From positions 1,116,001 through 1,180,000 of the forward strand of contig JANJGN010000036.1 of the NCBI GenBank assembly GCA_026770705.1: a stretch of 64,000 nucleotides of DNA, written 5' to 3'. The stretch is from Isurus oxyrinchus (lineage: Eukaryota). Shown here one piece after another: positions 12,643 through 25,149 of the stretch. Under the pieces are notes generated by a model, which saw nothing but the letters and a program-made list of their open reading frames with translations, had not been told where the DNA came from and searched no databases. Position numbers and translations under genes: made by a program. Position 1 is the first letter of the stretch. Each line of letters begins with the position of its first letter.

Positions 12643-14224
12643 CTGAGACAGAGAGGGCTCGGATTCTGCAACGAGAGGGATTATTATCAAAGCACCATTG
12701 ATGATTGAGAAACAGGAAGCAATCGCTTTTAAAGACTTCACCTGCAATTTAAGAACTAATTCAATATTGTCCTTAATTATTCTTGGTTGTTTATTGCCAA
12801 TATGCTCTTTCTTCGCTTTAAACGAGGAACCTGAAAATAAACTCACGTGATCTGAGTAAATTGCTTCACCTGGCCACTGGGTCATATTTTCAGCTAATTA
12901 AACAATGACCTACCCTGATAAAACAGTTTAACATTCCCGCCCGCCTCTTATTCACCAGAAACCCGCAGCACCTGAAAATTAAGTATCAGAAACAGAGGTT
13001 CCTTGGATATCTTGACGTGGTGAGTTCTCCCTGTTTTCACTCTCACCAGTTTGATTCTGCAGGAGCAGTGGCCGCAAGCTGACCTGAGCTCAGTTCTCCC
13101 CTTTTAGCGGCGGTGTAATTTATGATGAGCCATACTACGGAAAGCATGACACCATTTTACGTGCAGGTGCTGGTGAACGCCACGTGCATTTGCTACATTA
13201 TGATCAACGTTAGTGCGTCCAGCGGTCCACTGGCAGAATGTGTTTAAAGAACTTGACTGCGTTGGTGATTGGTGTTCTGTGGCGGGGTGGCGGGGTGGCG
13301 GTGGGGGTGGGGGGGCTGCGGGGAGAGGTGGTGGTGCGGCTTGTGGGTGCAGTGGGAGGGTGCTCACACAATACTAATTTTATTGGTCGTTTTGATTGTC
13401 ACAGGTAAAGTTTTATTCATTCTCTGGATCATCCTTAATTGCCTGATGAGAAAGTGGTGATGAGCCGCCTTCTGGAACTGCTGCAGACAATGTGGTGTAG
13501 TTACATCCACAGTGCTGTTAGGGAGAGAGTTCCAGAATTTTGAACCAGTGACAATTAAGGAACTTCAGTTATTTCCAAGTTAGGATGGAGTGTGTTTTGG
13601 AGGGTGCGGGGGGTGGGGGGTGGTGGCGGTGGGTTGGGGGTGATTACAGTTGGTGGTGATCCCACGTATCTGCAGTCCTTATACTTCTAGGACACAGAAT
13701 TCGTAGGCTTGTAAGGTCAATGCCGGGAGTTCTGAAAGCAGCTTCATAGCAATCAATGCAATTGATTCTGCAAAGTGGCTGTACAAGGTTCGTGATACAA
13801 TCTGCTTAACATGGAGAACAGAAAATATTGAAAGAAATGTCTGCAGTTTGATTTGGATTTTAAGTGAGCAGAGAAGAAGAGGAAATGAAGGGTGGGTGAG
13901 AGAGAAAAATAAAACAGTTCCAAAATTTAGATTTGAATCAGTTATTTAAAGTGATTAACTGGATACAATTCCCATGTGTGTATCCCAGTGATTAAACCAG
14001 ATTTACCGGTGAATCAACTCGGAAAGTGCCCTTGGAAAGATAGGAATAAAATGGCGCAAAGGTCCGATTGCATGTGGTTTTTCGATATGGACTATTTTTT
14101 TTCCAAATAAGATTTTGCTTCTTGCCTATCGGGGAGGCAGGCTTCAGGAGAGAGGGTGTGTGGGTGCAGGGTGGCTGTAGCACCATAACCTGAAGTAAAT
14201 AATGTTTATTTTTCTCTTGCGCAG

Positions 14225-17200
14225 TTATTATGTCTCAGTCTGTCTTGCCCCAGTGTCCACCGGTTCAGGCACTCTCTGCTGAGAGTCGCGCTAAACTGAG
14301 CAGCCACACGGGGAGCTCAGCAGCAGGCGCCCTCTTCTGGTATAGACAGTGGGACAGAAATGACTTGAAGCTGGTTTACACAGCGAACAAGCACATCCCA
14401 TCAGAGGGATGGTTTTCCAGCGAAGTTTCTGAGAAAGCGGGTTATTATTCACTGCTCATTGTGGATAACCGGAGAGACGATTCTGGTATGTACTACTGTG
14501 CAATCCACAATTACCGTAACATGGCACGGATATTCGGAAATGGCTCCCAGTTAGTGAATACAGGTAAATTTCATCATTATTCCATTGTATTGGATATTTC
14601 TTCAGCAATTAAAAGTCATGGTTTCAGTTGCTAATGGGGTTTCTGTTTCATTCGCCAAGTTTAGAGGGTTTCCAGACCATATTCCTCTTCATCCCGCCAT
14701 AAGATGAGATTCCTTCGATGGAAAGGGTCCCGTTGTTTTGTTTGATCAGAGGCTTCTCTCTCGATTCCATTTCCGTCTGCTGGAATGTTTCCGAGAGGGA
14801 TACCGAAGACAGACCGATCCTGGGACAATTGAGTCGGACGGGACCTACACTATCAGGAGTTACAGGAGCCTCTCGGCAGAAACATGGAGCAGCAGCACCC
14901 TCTGTACTGGCACTATTCAAATCAACTCCATTGACAATATTCTCATGAAAGTGTCTCATCGCAGAGAGGTAGCTATTAAAAGTGACCATTCACCCATCGA
15001 TTTAATGCTGATTAGAGTCTTTGTCAATGTTGTAAATTAGAATTGCCTTTGTTTCCGTGTGTGTCCATGGATCATCATTTTATCATTGAACTATCATATA
15101 CCTGTCAATCTTTCAGAGTTTAGCTTTCTGGAATTTTTACTCCATCTGTTCTCTCTGCCCCGGAGAGCTATCGGATGTTCAGTCACTGAGGAAGATTTTT
15201 GTACACAAAGGGAATAACGGATGTGGACAGTGCAGGAATGTAATTTGCTTTACAAGATTAGCTATGGTCTTACTGAATCTGCTTTGAGGGACCGAAGGTT
15301 CTCCTGGCCCTATAAATTAAGTTCCTGTGTCTATCTAGCAATATTGACATGGTTGTATGCCACTTGATAGTTTGACAGTTTGCAAAATTGTAAGGCGTTG
15401 TGACATTCCCAGTATACCTCTTTGTCTCATCATGCCTGTATACGATTATAGAATCATCTCTCTATTACTTTGTCATGTACCAAATTCCTGTCGGTCTCAC
15501 TTCAACAGTGAGGTACAAGATATTTCCTACATCTGTCTGCCTATCTGTTTATCTGTCTCTCCATCTCCCTCTCTCTGTCTTTCTAGGTCTGTCTTTCTCT
15601 TCTCTCTCTCTCTTTCTCTATACATCAATCTATTGCTACCCTAGCAAAGTTTTATATATTTGCCCCATCTGTCTGTCTTTCTGACTCTCTGTCTCTCCTT
15701 CTCTCTCTGACTTCCTCCCTCTCTCCTACCATTCTCTTTCTCTGTCTCTCTCTGCCACTCTCTTTCTGTTAGTCTGTCACTTTCTATTTGCCTCATTCTC
15801 TGTCTCCATTGATTTTTTTATTGATCTCTGTTTCCATCTAACTTTCTCTCTCTCTGATTAACTTATCCTTTTCTACTGTGGTTAAATGGTGCTGTATAAG
15901 ACACCAATTCCATTTATCTATCTACTTATCTCTCTCTCGCTCTCTCCTTAACTCTCTTTCTCTCTCTGTTTCTCTGTCTCCCTCTTCCTCGCAGCCTCTC
16001 TCTCTTGCTCCCTGCCTCTCTCTGTCTCTATATCTCGTTCTCTCTTGCCATCCTATTCTCCCTCATTTAAACATTTCTGTATAAGCTGTCAGCTCTTTCT
16101 ATTACAGTAGCTTCATCTCACTCTCTCTTTCCCTCTATCTCTCTACCCAGCCCTCTAACGTGCTCTCTCTGTACCCCAGCTTCCTCTATTTCAATCCAGT
16201 TTGAACAATGTGCTCTCTCTTCTTGTTTGTCTGCCTCTTTCTCTCTTCCATTATTTATCTCTCGAATTAACGATTTCTCTATGTCTTTCATTTATAGTTA
16301 ATCTGTTTGGTATCATATACCTGTTATCTCGATCAGTCTCTCCACCTCCCTCTATCTTACTAGTTAGGCATTGTTCGAACAGTGGTCTCTGCCATCTCAT
16401 GCTATCCATCTCTCCATCTCTCTCTCACTCTATTTCTCCTTATTTGTTTCTATTTCTACGTGTGCTCCGTTTCAACATTGCTCTGTAAGATCTCTGCTCC
16501 ATTTTAGGTTCATGAAGCATGCAAAAAAAAAGCCTACATCTGTTTTCGAGTAAAATAAGATATTTAAATGGGCAATATTTCGTTTATTCAATTAATTCCA
16601 CATTCATTTTTAAATGGGAATTTTATGTATTTTTGCATATTCTCTGCTCCCGACGACCTGCAATTTCCCACTTTCTAGGAATCTTTCAGCGGCAGCGCTT
16701 CTCCTTCTGGGGATGATCCGTATGACCGTGAGAAGCAGCTGCAGGAACCGGCAGACAGGTAGCCATTGTTGGAGATGCTGTCACTCTGTGGTGTTCTCAA
16801 TCCATCTATTTATCAATAGGTTATTGCCACTTCCAGCTGGTTCACTGTGAAATGTAACCATTTATGCTCAGTTCAAGTTTTTCATTCTAACAGGAAGCAT
16901 GAACATTGATGAAGAACTGATGGATTCCAGTGAACAATGAAGGAATAAAGAGGTAAAATACTGGAAATTCTTGTTGCCACTGCGTGTGAATGCTTTTCAC
17001 CCATTTTAATCCAAGGTTTACATTTCATAGCTATTGTTATGCAAGTCTGGAAAATTTTGCGTAGTGAACACAACAGGGTAGCAGAAATTAGTGTTCAATT
17101 CCTCGAGTGCAAAAGATTAAGGGGTGATCAAACCGAGGGCTTTAAGATGGTTAAAGGATACGATAGCGTCAATGGAGAGAAACTATTTCCTATGGGGGCG

Positions 17201-17598
17201 CAGGGCGGATGGAATGCAGAATAAGAGGCAGAAAGTTGACATTAGAACAGCTCGTTCAGGGCTGATATCAGGAAGCGCTTCTACGCTCAAAACCGAGTGG
17301 AAATCTGGAACTCTCTGCCCGGAGAAGCTGTTGAGGCTGCCGGATCAATTGGAAATGTCAAAACTGAGATTGGTAGATTGTTGTTGCGTAAGGGGCTTAA
17401 GTATTATGGATCCAGGTTGGGTACATGGGAGTTATGATACAGATCCTCCATGATGTAAGTGAACAGACTGGAAGGGCTGAATGACCTCCTCCTATCCCTA
17501 TGATGGTGGTGTTTGTTGTATTAAAGAGTTTATGTCTTTATTTTCACCCACAGACACTTTATGCCCACTTGGCCTTCAGGGAGGATTCCACACTCTGA
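14225..17598 (+). pseudogene. Gene B1: VJ-C1-TM pseudogene
   Basis: V+J 14225-14563 is open but has B-strand Cys>Ser. C1 14665-14968 has a TAA and frameshifts. TM ~16639-16758 has acceptor cag>cat. Cytoplasmic exon 16894-16952 contains TGA. Last exon 17554-17598 reads TLYAHLAFREDSTL*. The leader was deleted (junction ~13865). Confidence 0.85.
15500..16500 (+). repeat. CT-rich low-complexity tract in the B1 C1-TM intron
   Basis: Degenerate (TC)n. Confidence 0.9.
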
Positions 17599-20500
17599 TT
17601 GGAGAAGAAAGGTGGAGAGAGCTCACAGTCTGCTTCCTGATTATGACGTGTTATAGAAAGTTTCCCCTGTTGAGCAGGAACATCCTAAAACCCTGCTGGC
17701 GCAACTTCAGGCGCATTCTTGTCGCAATTTTGTGATTTTACTCAAAGCGGAAACTGAATTATTCAATAATGTGTACTATTCTAACGAATTAATATCACTT
17801 TCAGTTTAACTCCAGCATCTTCGGATTCTGTTATCTGGTGTTAGTGTTTTTATTGCATTCTGCATCTTTATTCATTCTTTCCGCAATTCCTTATTCAACA
17901 GGCTTTACAATGCATCTATACTCCAGTTCCTATATAGTGAAACAGATTTGAAAACCGATGACAGCTCTGTTAGTCTTTTTTTTTGTTCATTCAGACCAGA
18001 TGACCTCCGGTTAACTCTGAGTCTAATTTACAAAGGCTTTTATAGAGCGAATATAAGCAGGATAGAAATAGGGTTATGGACCGACAGGCACTGGATGGGG
18101 ATTTAGGCTGCATTGATATGAAAGCGTCAGTGTTAGTGGACCTTCACTTGTTGTGCTCTGGGAGGGAACAGTGTTACATTTACTCTTGAAAGAAGATTAT
18201 TGACAAACTATCCCCTCTTTTTAAAATATATTTGAACGGATTATACCGCAAAAACCTCTGTTTGGAAGACACTTAAATAACAAGAGGATGCCATTCAGCC
18301 TGTCACGCCTGTACCAGGTCATTGAATGTGCACTTTCGCCTCACACCCCAGCTAAGTTCTCATGACCCTATAAATTAGTCCTCTTGTAGCACACCACCCT
18401 TTTAATGTTACCATTTATCCTGCTTACAACGCATCTAATTGGCTGTGGTTGAAAGCAGTTTGCAGGCAATCTTAATCATTTGGAATCAAACACAATTCGC
18501 TGCACGCATTGGTAGGTCAGTCAAACGCGTCAGTAAATCTAAGGTGATGTTTCCCTGAGATGATGTAATCTATTTGCATGTCATCTTTCATTTAAGCAAT
18601 TTTAAAATGTTGGTCAGCAAACCATTGGTGTGCTGATTACTGGGCATTTTGTTGGTGGTTAAACTCTGATCTGCAGGACGTCTAACAATTCCTGTTCGTT
18701 GCTGATAGAAATTAACACTGGATTAATCTGTTGTCAACACACATTATGCACTAATATTTCGGGATTTTTTCGAGACACTTATTAGAAGATGTAGATGGAA
18801 AACTTCATTCTGCTAAACACAGTTTTTCCACCATCAAGGTTCTGTCTTCGCTAACCTGCAGGGCAACATCTGATTTTTTTAAAAAAAGGAAAAAAACAGG
18901 GGATTCACAAACGCTTCCCTATTGCCCTCACCCAGAGAACCATTCTCACATCTGATTACTCTGTGTGTCAGCGACCTCCAGATATCAGTCCTCTTAACAT
19001 CTTGACCTACTAATCTTGCTGGCCCATTGGAACCACTCAGTTCCTCTGCGTGGATTTGGCATTCGATCTGATCGTAACTGATGTTAGGAACTTGAGAGAG
19101 ATTAATCACGTTATATGTGAGTTTTGGGTCTGTAAAGTCAAAGATATACATTTATGTTTAATTTTAATAAATATTATTTTCTATTTATCGATTAAAAATT
19201 GAACACAGAACCTAGATTCATTTTTGAGCAGAGGTCACAGGCCTAAAGCTCCTTGTATGCTTGCATTTCTTATGTATTTTATGACTCTTGAAGAGAAGGT
19301 AAAACAAAAATAAGCGTAGAAAAATTGGTGCAATTGCTGAGCAATGAGGTTCCAGAGAGTGAGGCTCCCTCATACAAACATACACATGCACACAAATACA
19401 CATACTTTCAGACAAACACACAAACACAGATTGAGAGAAGGAGAGAGGGAGAGACAGAGAAAGCAATAGCTTGATTTCTTTTGATAGCATCTGTCAGAGA
19501 GAGACTGGACAGCAGAGGGACAGAGATCAACTCCCAAACTGAGGTTGAATCCAAGACTCTAGATAAGCAGTCTACTGGGAGAAGGGTGTACAGAGAGCAG
19601 ATTTCCAAAAAAATAACCGATAGGCCCAAAGGGAATAAACCCCCAAGAAGATGTTCTAGTCTAAAGAAGCACAGGGAAGTGAAAAAGGTGCTGCAAAGTG
19701 AAATTAAGATTGGGGAGCTGAAGAAGACTTCAAACTTCAAGCTGAAAGGGAGAAATGTGCAGGAAGCAGATTTAATGCGGGATAGGCTTGAGAGGAACAG
19801 AAAGATCCAAGGCGACAGCTGATGGTCTGTAACTCTCACTATGTGCATGTGAATCAGTGGCACATGTGCATGTGAATCAGTGAAAGAGAGTGTGTGAAAG
19901 AAACCTAGAATATACATGGTGATCCTGGGGAGAGGAACATTGGAAGGTGAGTCGAAAGCCTGGAGGTGGACCCTTTCAGAAAGCATTTGAGAGAAAGCAT
20001 TGGTTTGGGAGAAGATTCCAAAGAGAGTTCCTGGAGAGTTGAGATAGGAAACCCACTTTTGAAAGATGGAAATCAGTGAAACGTGTTGTCTCACGTTTTG
20101 AAAAGCATATTGTGTGGCCGTGGTGGGTGGTGGGGAGTGGATGTGGGCTATGTGGTGGCCAGGAGCAAGGGTGGCTTGACGGTGGGAACTGATGAGGAAT
20201 AGATGGCATCTCTTTGGGGTGTGGGGCGGGCGGTGGTTGGAATTGAGTGGATACTTGCAAATGCTCATTTTACCATGCAAAGCTACCTGGGGATTCACAG
20301 GAAGGAAGCTCTGTTCACATTGTTTCTAAACCTCATTTCCTCACTTGTAAAAAAGGGCAGCTGCCAGTGAGCGAGAAAAAAAAATCAGGCACTCGCTCTG
20401 CTGCCACCAGAGAAGGTGGTTGATGAACGGAATGAACAACTTCACTTCCAAGTTTGAATATTCTTAAAGTGAACCATTAAACTGATCTGACAATATTTGA

Positions 20501-21833
20501 CAGGAAATAGTCAATGAGTCCTTCAGAGACCAAATTAAACTGGCTTGAAATATATAATAACGGATTCAAATACTTTAATGATGCAGTGTGGATATTTGCC
20601 AATGATCACACTCTGGCACTGTAAATATTATAATTTATCCTTCAAAATAAATCACATAGGAAATCTTATAAATGGGTTGCCCTTAAAGCTGCCTTAAGTT
20701 TTAGTCGTGGATTATTCTGCAAGTGAATTTGATTTAGTGATCTGGCACCCATGTTGAATTCGTGGATGCTTCAGGATATCACAAAATGTGGGCTAATGGA
20801 CACCAGGTTGGAAGGTTTGTGTCAAGTCACGAATTTCCTGCCCAAGGTTTCGAAGCTAAAACTATCAGGAAGGATTGAACAAGCCGGGGCTCTTTCCTGT
20901 AGAAAAGTCGAAGCTGAGGGGGTGACCACATAGAGGCCTTCAAAATAATGAACATTTTCGATGCAGCAGCCATAAATAAGATATTCACACTCATGGGAGT
21001 GATACCAGAACTAGGGACGATCAAGATAAGACAGTCACCAGTAAATCCAATTTGGAATGGCGGACAGACCTCTTCATTCATACAGTGTGGAAAATGTAGA
21101 ACTCGCCCCCACAGAGAGTGATCAAGGTGAATCACAGAGTTGGATTGAAGGGTGAATGAGGACAAACACACGAGCGAGAAAGGAATTGAAGATTGGGTTG
21201 ATGGGGTGAACTGAAGATGGAGTGGGAGGAGGGTAGTGTGAAGCAGAAACACCTGCATGGTGCATAGGTCCATACTTCGCTGATCCGCAGGAGTAATTCT
21301 GACATGAAGAGACAGGCGGGAAGACAGACTCTCGGTAAAACAATTACTAAAATATTCACATCATATTCTAGTCTTCTTCCATCTGGTGTGTTTCTGTTGA
21401 AAACAGAATAAATTAATGTTGTCTCTGTGAATTAAATAGATCCCTCGGAATGAGGAACACTTCCCCTGTGCCCACGCGAATTTCATGAGCAGTACTGTTG
21501 TTGAATTCAGCACCACGGCCTTTTGTCTCCAAATTGCAACTGCCTGGACTGCGCACCACCAGTGACGTGTGTTTACCACAACATGAAGCGTGTTGCCTTT
21601 TGCAGGCAGAGCAGTGTGTGGTCTCCTAACCTGTAAACAGGAAACCCACAGCTAAAATTTGCACCACGTTGATTTTTCCAGTGCGCTATTTTTAACCATT
21701 GCACGTAATATCCACAAAATGTGCATTTTCAGCACGTCTTCCGAGCCTGGGGCCGGGAATAGAGACACCCGAGCAATGAGATGGTGAAAAGCTCACAGAA
21801 ACAGGCCTGGAGTCGGAGACCGAGAGCTTCTTA

Positions 21834-24264
21834 ATGGCCTGTGCATTGCTGCATCTGTTCCCAGGTTTGTGCCTTATTCACTCCATATTCAGGATGGCTT
21901 AAGGCTACTGAGATAGTCAGCCAAGAGGAAAATTATCCCGATACCTAGATTGTAGTATATTTCTTTCAAATGAATGAACTGAATCGTGTCCACCTGATCG
22001 AAGTCGATGAGGTATCAACATTTGACAACCTATCAGATGAGATGTTAAACTGAGACCCTCAGTCTGTCCCTTTGGGGTTGCATAGGGTCCCAGGTCCAAT
22101 ATGTGCAGAGGACCAGAGAGGTGAATGGAGTTAGGCGGCAGAGTTCCCCCCTTTGTCCCTCGGCCAATATTTATCCCTCAAGCAACATCAGTGAAAACGT
22201 GATGTGGGCCATAATGACATTGTTACTTGTGGGTTTTCCTGTGTGCAGCTACAGCTGCCATGTTTCCTCCATGACAACAGAGACTAACTTCAAATAAAAA
22301 TACTTCATTGTCCCTGAAGCACGTCCTTCCCTCTTGCTGCTGTTATTGTTTCAATTTAACCCTCAACTTTTGATCCCGTGCGCATTTATGAATGAGTGTC
22401 CCATTCTATATTTAAAGGTTGTAGCTGATTCTTCATTGGAAACATTTTCTCTCTCCCTGCCATGGCTGAACCCATAGTGTTGATTTTCCATCTGTCAGTT
22501 ACTGCGTCTCAGGCAGCTTTGTCCCAGGCTCCAGCGGTTTAGATTCTGTCGCTTGGAAGTAGCTACAATGTGCACTGTAACACGGCTTGAGTGGTAGGGG
22601 GCTGGCAGTGAGGGTGGAGCGCGGGGATTGGTGGGGTGTGGTGTAGGCATTTGTGGGGCCTTTCCACCTGTGTAAACGGAGCCAACAGGTGCATCTGCAC
22701 CAAGTTCTGCACCGTGAAAAAAAACGATCCCTTCAATGGAGAGATTTTCAGAAGAAGTTAGTGACAAATTGACTCTCTATTCTCGGATCATTGCGGATTT
22801 TCAGGCCAGTGGTTCGAACATGTATCACTGTGCAACTAAGGAGTTTAGTAGGATGCTGTTTGCTTTTGGAAATGGTTTCAAATTGCTCAGCAGGGGTAAG
22901 AATTTCGAGAAGTTTACCCATTTTATCATCAATAATCAGAGTGATGGCCAATAGTGATCGAATCTTAATGCCCCACCCAGCTGCGTTCTCCAATAATCGA
23001 CCTCCTAAATCATCCACCAGCTGAAATTCCTACCATGGGAAGGGACTCTTTGGTATGGTTGGTGATGGGCCTGCACCCTGATCCCTTTGTCATCCGCTGG
23101 AATTTTTTCGAAAGGCAGAGCGATTCCAGGGCAATCGAGACTGGACCGGACCTCCAGCATCAGGAGTTACATAATTCTCTGGGCTGAAACAAGAGTGCCC
23201 TCTGTACTTGTCAGTTCAAAAAACTCCAGTGAAAATCTTCCAACTGAAAGTCCTCATCTCAGAGAGGTAGCTATTAACTGCTACCTTATGTATTTAATAT
23301 CCGGCCAATTTGTTAGCAATATCTCTTTCTTATTAAAACTCCCTCTTTCTATGTGCCCATCTAACATTTCCTGACCCCTAACCCCGCTCCCATATAGCTC
23401 ATCATTTCAGTGCTTAGCTTTGTGAATTTTTAAGTGTATCTGTCTCATTGGTCAAGAAGCATATTGAGCGAGATAATCTATTTTGACACGTGAATGAATA
23501 AATAAAATCCCAAATTTTTGTTTACCAATTTCTCTCTCGATTCCCCTATGTCAATATATATATTCCAAAGAGCTTGCAGCATGGAAGCAGGGCATTCGGC
23601 CCTTAGACTCCGTGTTGATGTTTTTGCTCCACACGAACCTCCCCCACCTCTCATCATCTCACCCCATCAAGATATCATCATGTTCCCTTATTCATTATGT
23701 GTTTACCCAGCTAAATGTCTCAGCTATTGAATTCCCATTATTTCAATGTGGCTATTTCGACTTAGTTTAAATTTCACTTTCTAACAGGCAACATGAAAAA
23801 TAATGTGGAACTGACGGATTGCAGGCAAGGACACAAGTCAAGACGGTAACTATGAATTGAATTGTTTCCTAGTATGAGTAGATACATTTCAATCAATTTT
23901 AATCAAACTTCTAACATTCGTAGTTTCTTTCATATGCATGCAGGGCATTCTGCATAGTGCTTACTGTTAGAAAACACTGTTTACGTGTCCTGTGGAAAGC
24001 GATGATAGATGAACAGTATAGGCAGGAATTCAATTGATAATTGTTATTGGCCATTATATGTTGAGTTAAGGGGATTTAATGTTGTAGAAGGAAGGCGAAG
24101 GGGTGGGGTAAGGTACAGAACAAAAATGTTCTTATTGAAAGGCAGAACAGGCTCGAAGGGCTGAATGGCCTCCTGATGATGGTGTTGCTCACGATAATTA
24201 TTTGTGTTTCGTCTTGCAGACTATATATGCTCAGCTGGCTTTCAATGCGGATCCCACTCTATGA
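21834..24264 (+). pseudogene. Gene C1: diverged B-like VJ-C1 pseudogene
   Basis: Leader-like 21834-21864. V+J 22499-22895 has stops (..MYHCATKEFSRMLFAFGNGFKL). C1 remnant runs to 23266. No TM exon found. Cytoplasmic exon 23788-23845; last exon 24220-24264 reads TIYAQLAFNADPTL*. Confidence 0.8.
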
Positions 24265-25149
24265 TTGCGAACGATATTGAGAGCTCATCTTCCGCTTCCG
24301 GACTATGACACGCGGTGGAAAGATTTCTCTGTCGTGTCCTTATTGGAGGAAAGCCTGGAGGCGTGACCCTTTCCAAGACATAGCCACCTGAATTCCAGTT
24401 CCCTGCTGAATGTGTATTTATCAGTAATGGCGAGCAATACAGTCCGCCGGTTCGAGGCATACTGGAGAGTCTTCAAGGCTGACAGAACAGTATCCATTTC
24501 AAGTTCCATTTGTCAGCCGGAAATTTTGAAATTCTGTTCAGTCTTGATATGTTTCTACTTTCTTGTAGTAGTGCTTTTAACATCGTTGTGCATCTCTGTG
24601 TATCGCTTGAGCAGGAAAGAGAGTGTCAGTGTCCAAGTTTCCAATCAATTAGACACGTTTTGTAAACCAAGGAATGCATTTAGAAATTCAGGCTCTTTAA
24701 TCCCTTAGTGCAGATGTGCTTAGTGAATCTGCAATGGCAGGTAACAGGACAGCTTCATAGATCAGATTTGTGCGTTTTAGAGCTATGGCCTATTCAGCAA
24801 GAATGAGAGCAGAACTCAGAGGTTTTGACGTCAGGGAAGATTGAACAGGCTGGGCCGCACTTCTTCACAAAACAGAAGACTCAGGGGGAGCTGATGAAGA
24901 TACATAAAATTATAAAACGATCCGATGTGTGTAGAAGTAGAAAGAATGTTTCCACTTGCAGGTAAAGCTGAAATAAAGGCCATGAATATAGGACATTCAT
25001 TAATAATTCCAATGGGGAATTCGGTGTTAATTACTTTTCCAGGAGAAAGGGGAGAAATCATAGGGAGTGCTTGCGGTGAAGAGCTTAAATGTATTTAAGG
25101 GTGAAGCTAAATAAACACATGACCAATAAAGGAATCGAAGGACATGTTA

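Larger units (their letters stand above)
11186..13010 (-). pseudogene. Gene A': fragmented A paralog
   Basis: Leader 13010-12956 has ATG>ATA. The V exon is split by two retroposon insertions (pieces ~12666-12643, ~12300-12113, ~11470-11368). Only the 5' part of C1 (~11284-11186) remains. Confidence 0.8.

Noticed and set aside
19408-20298. 296-aa minus-strand ORF
   Set aside because: No domain motifs; it lies in compositionally biased inserted DNA and is not conserved in the other units.
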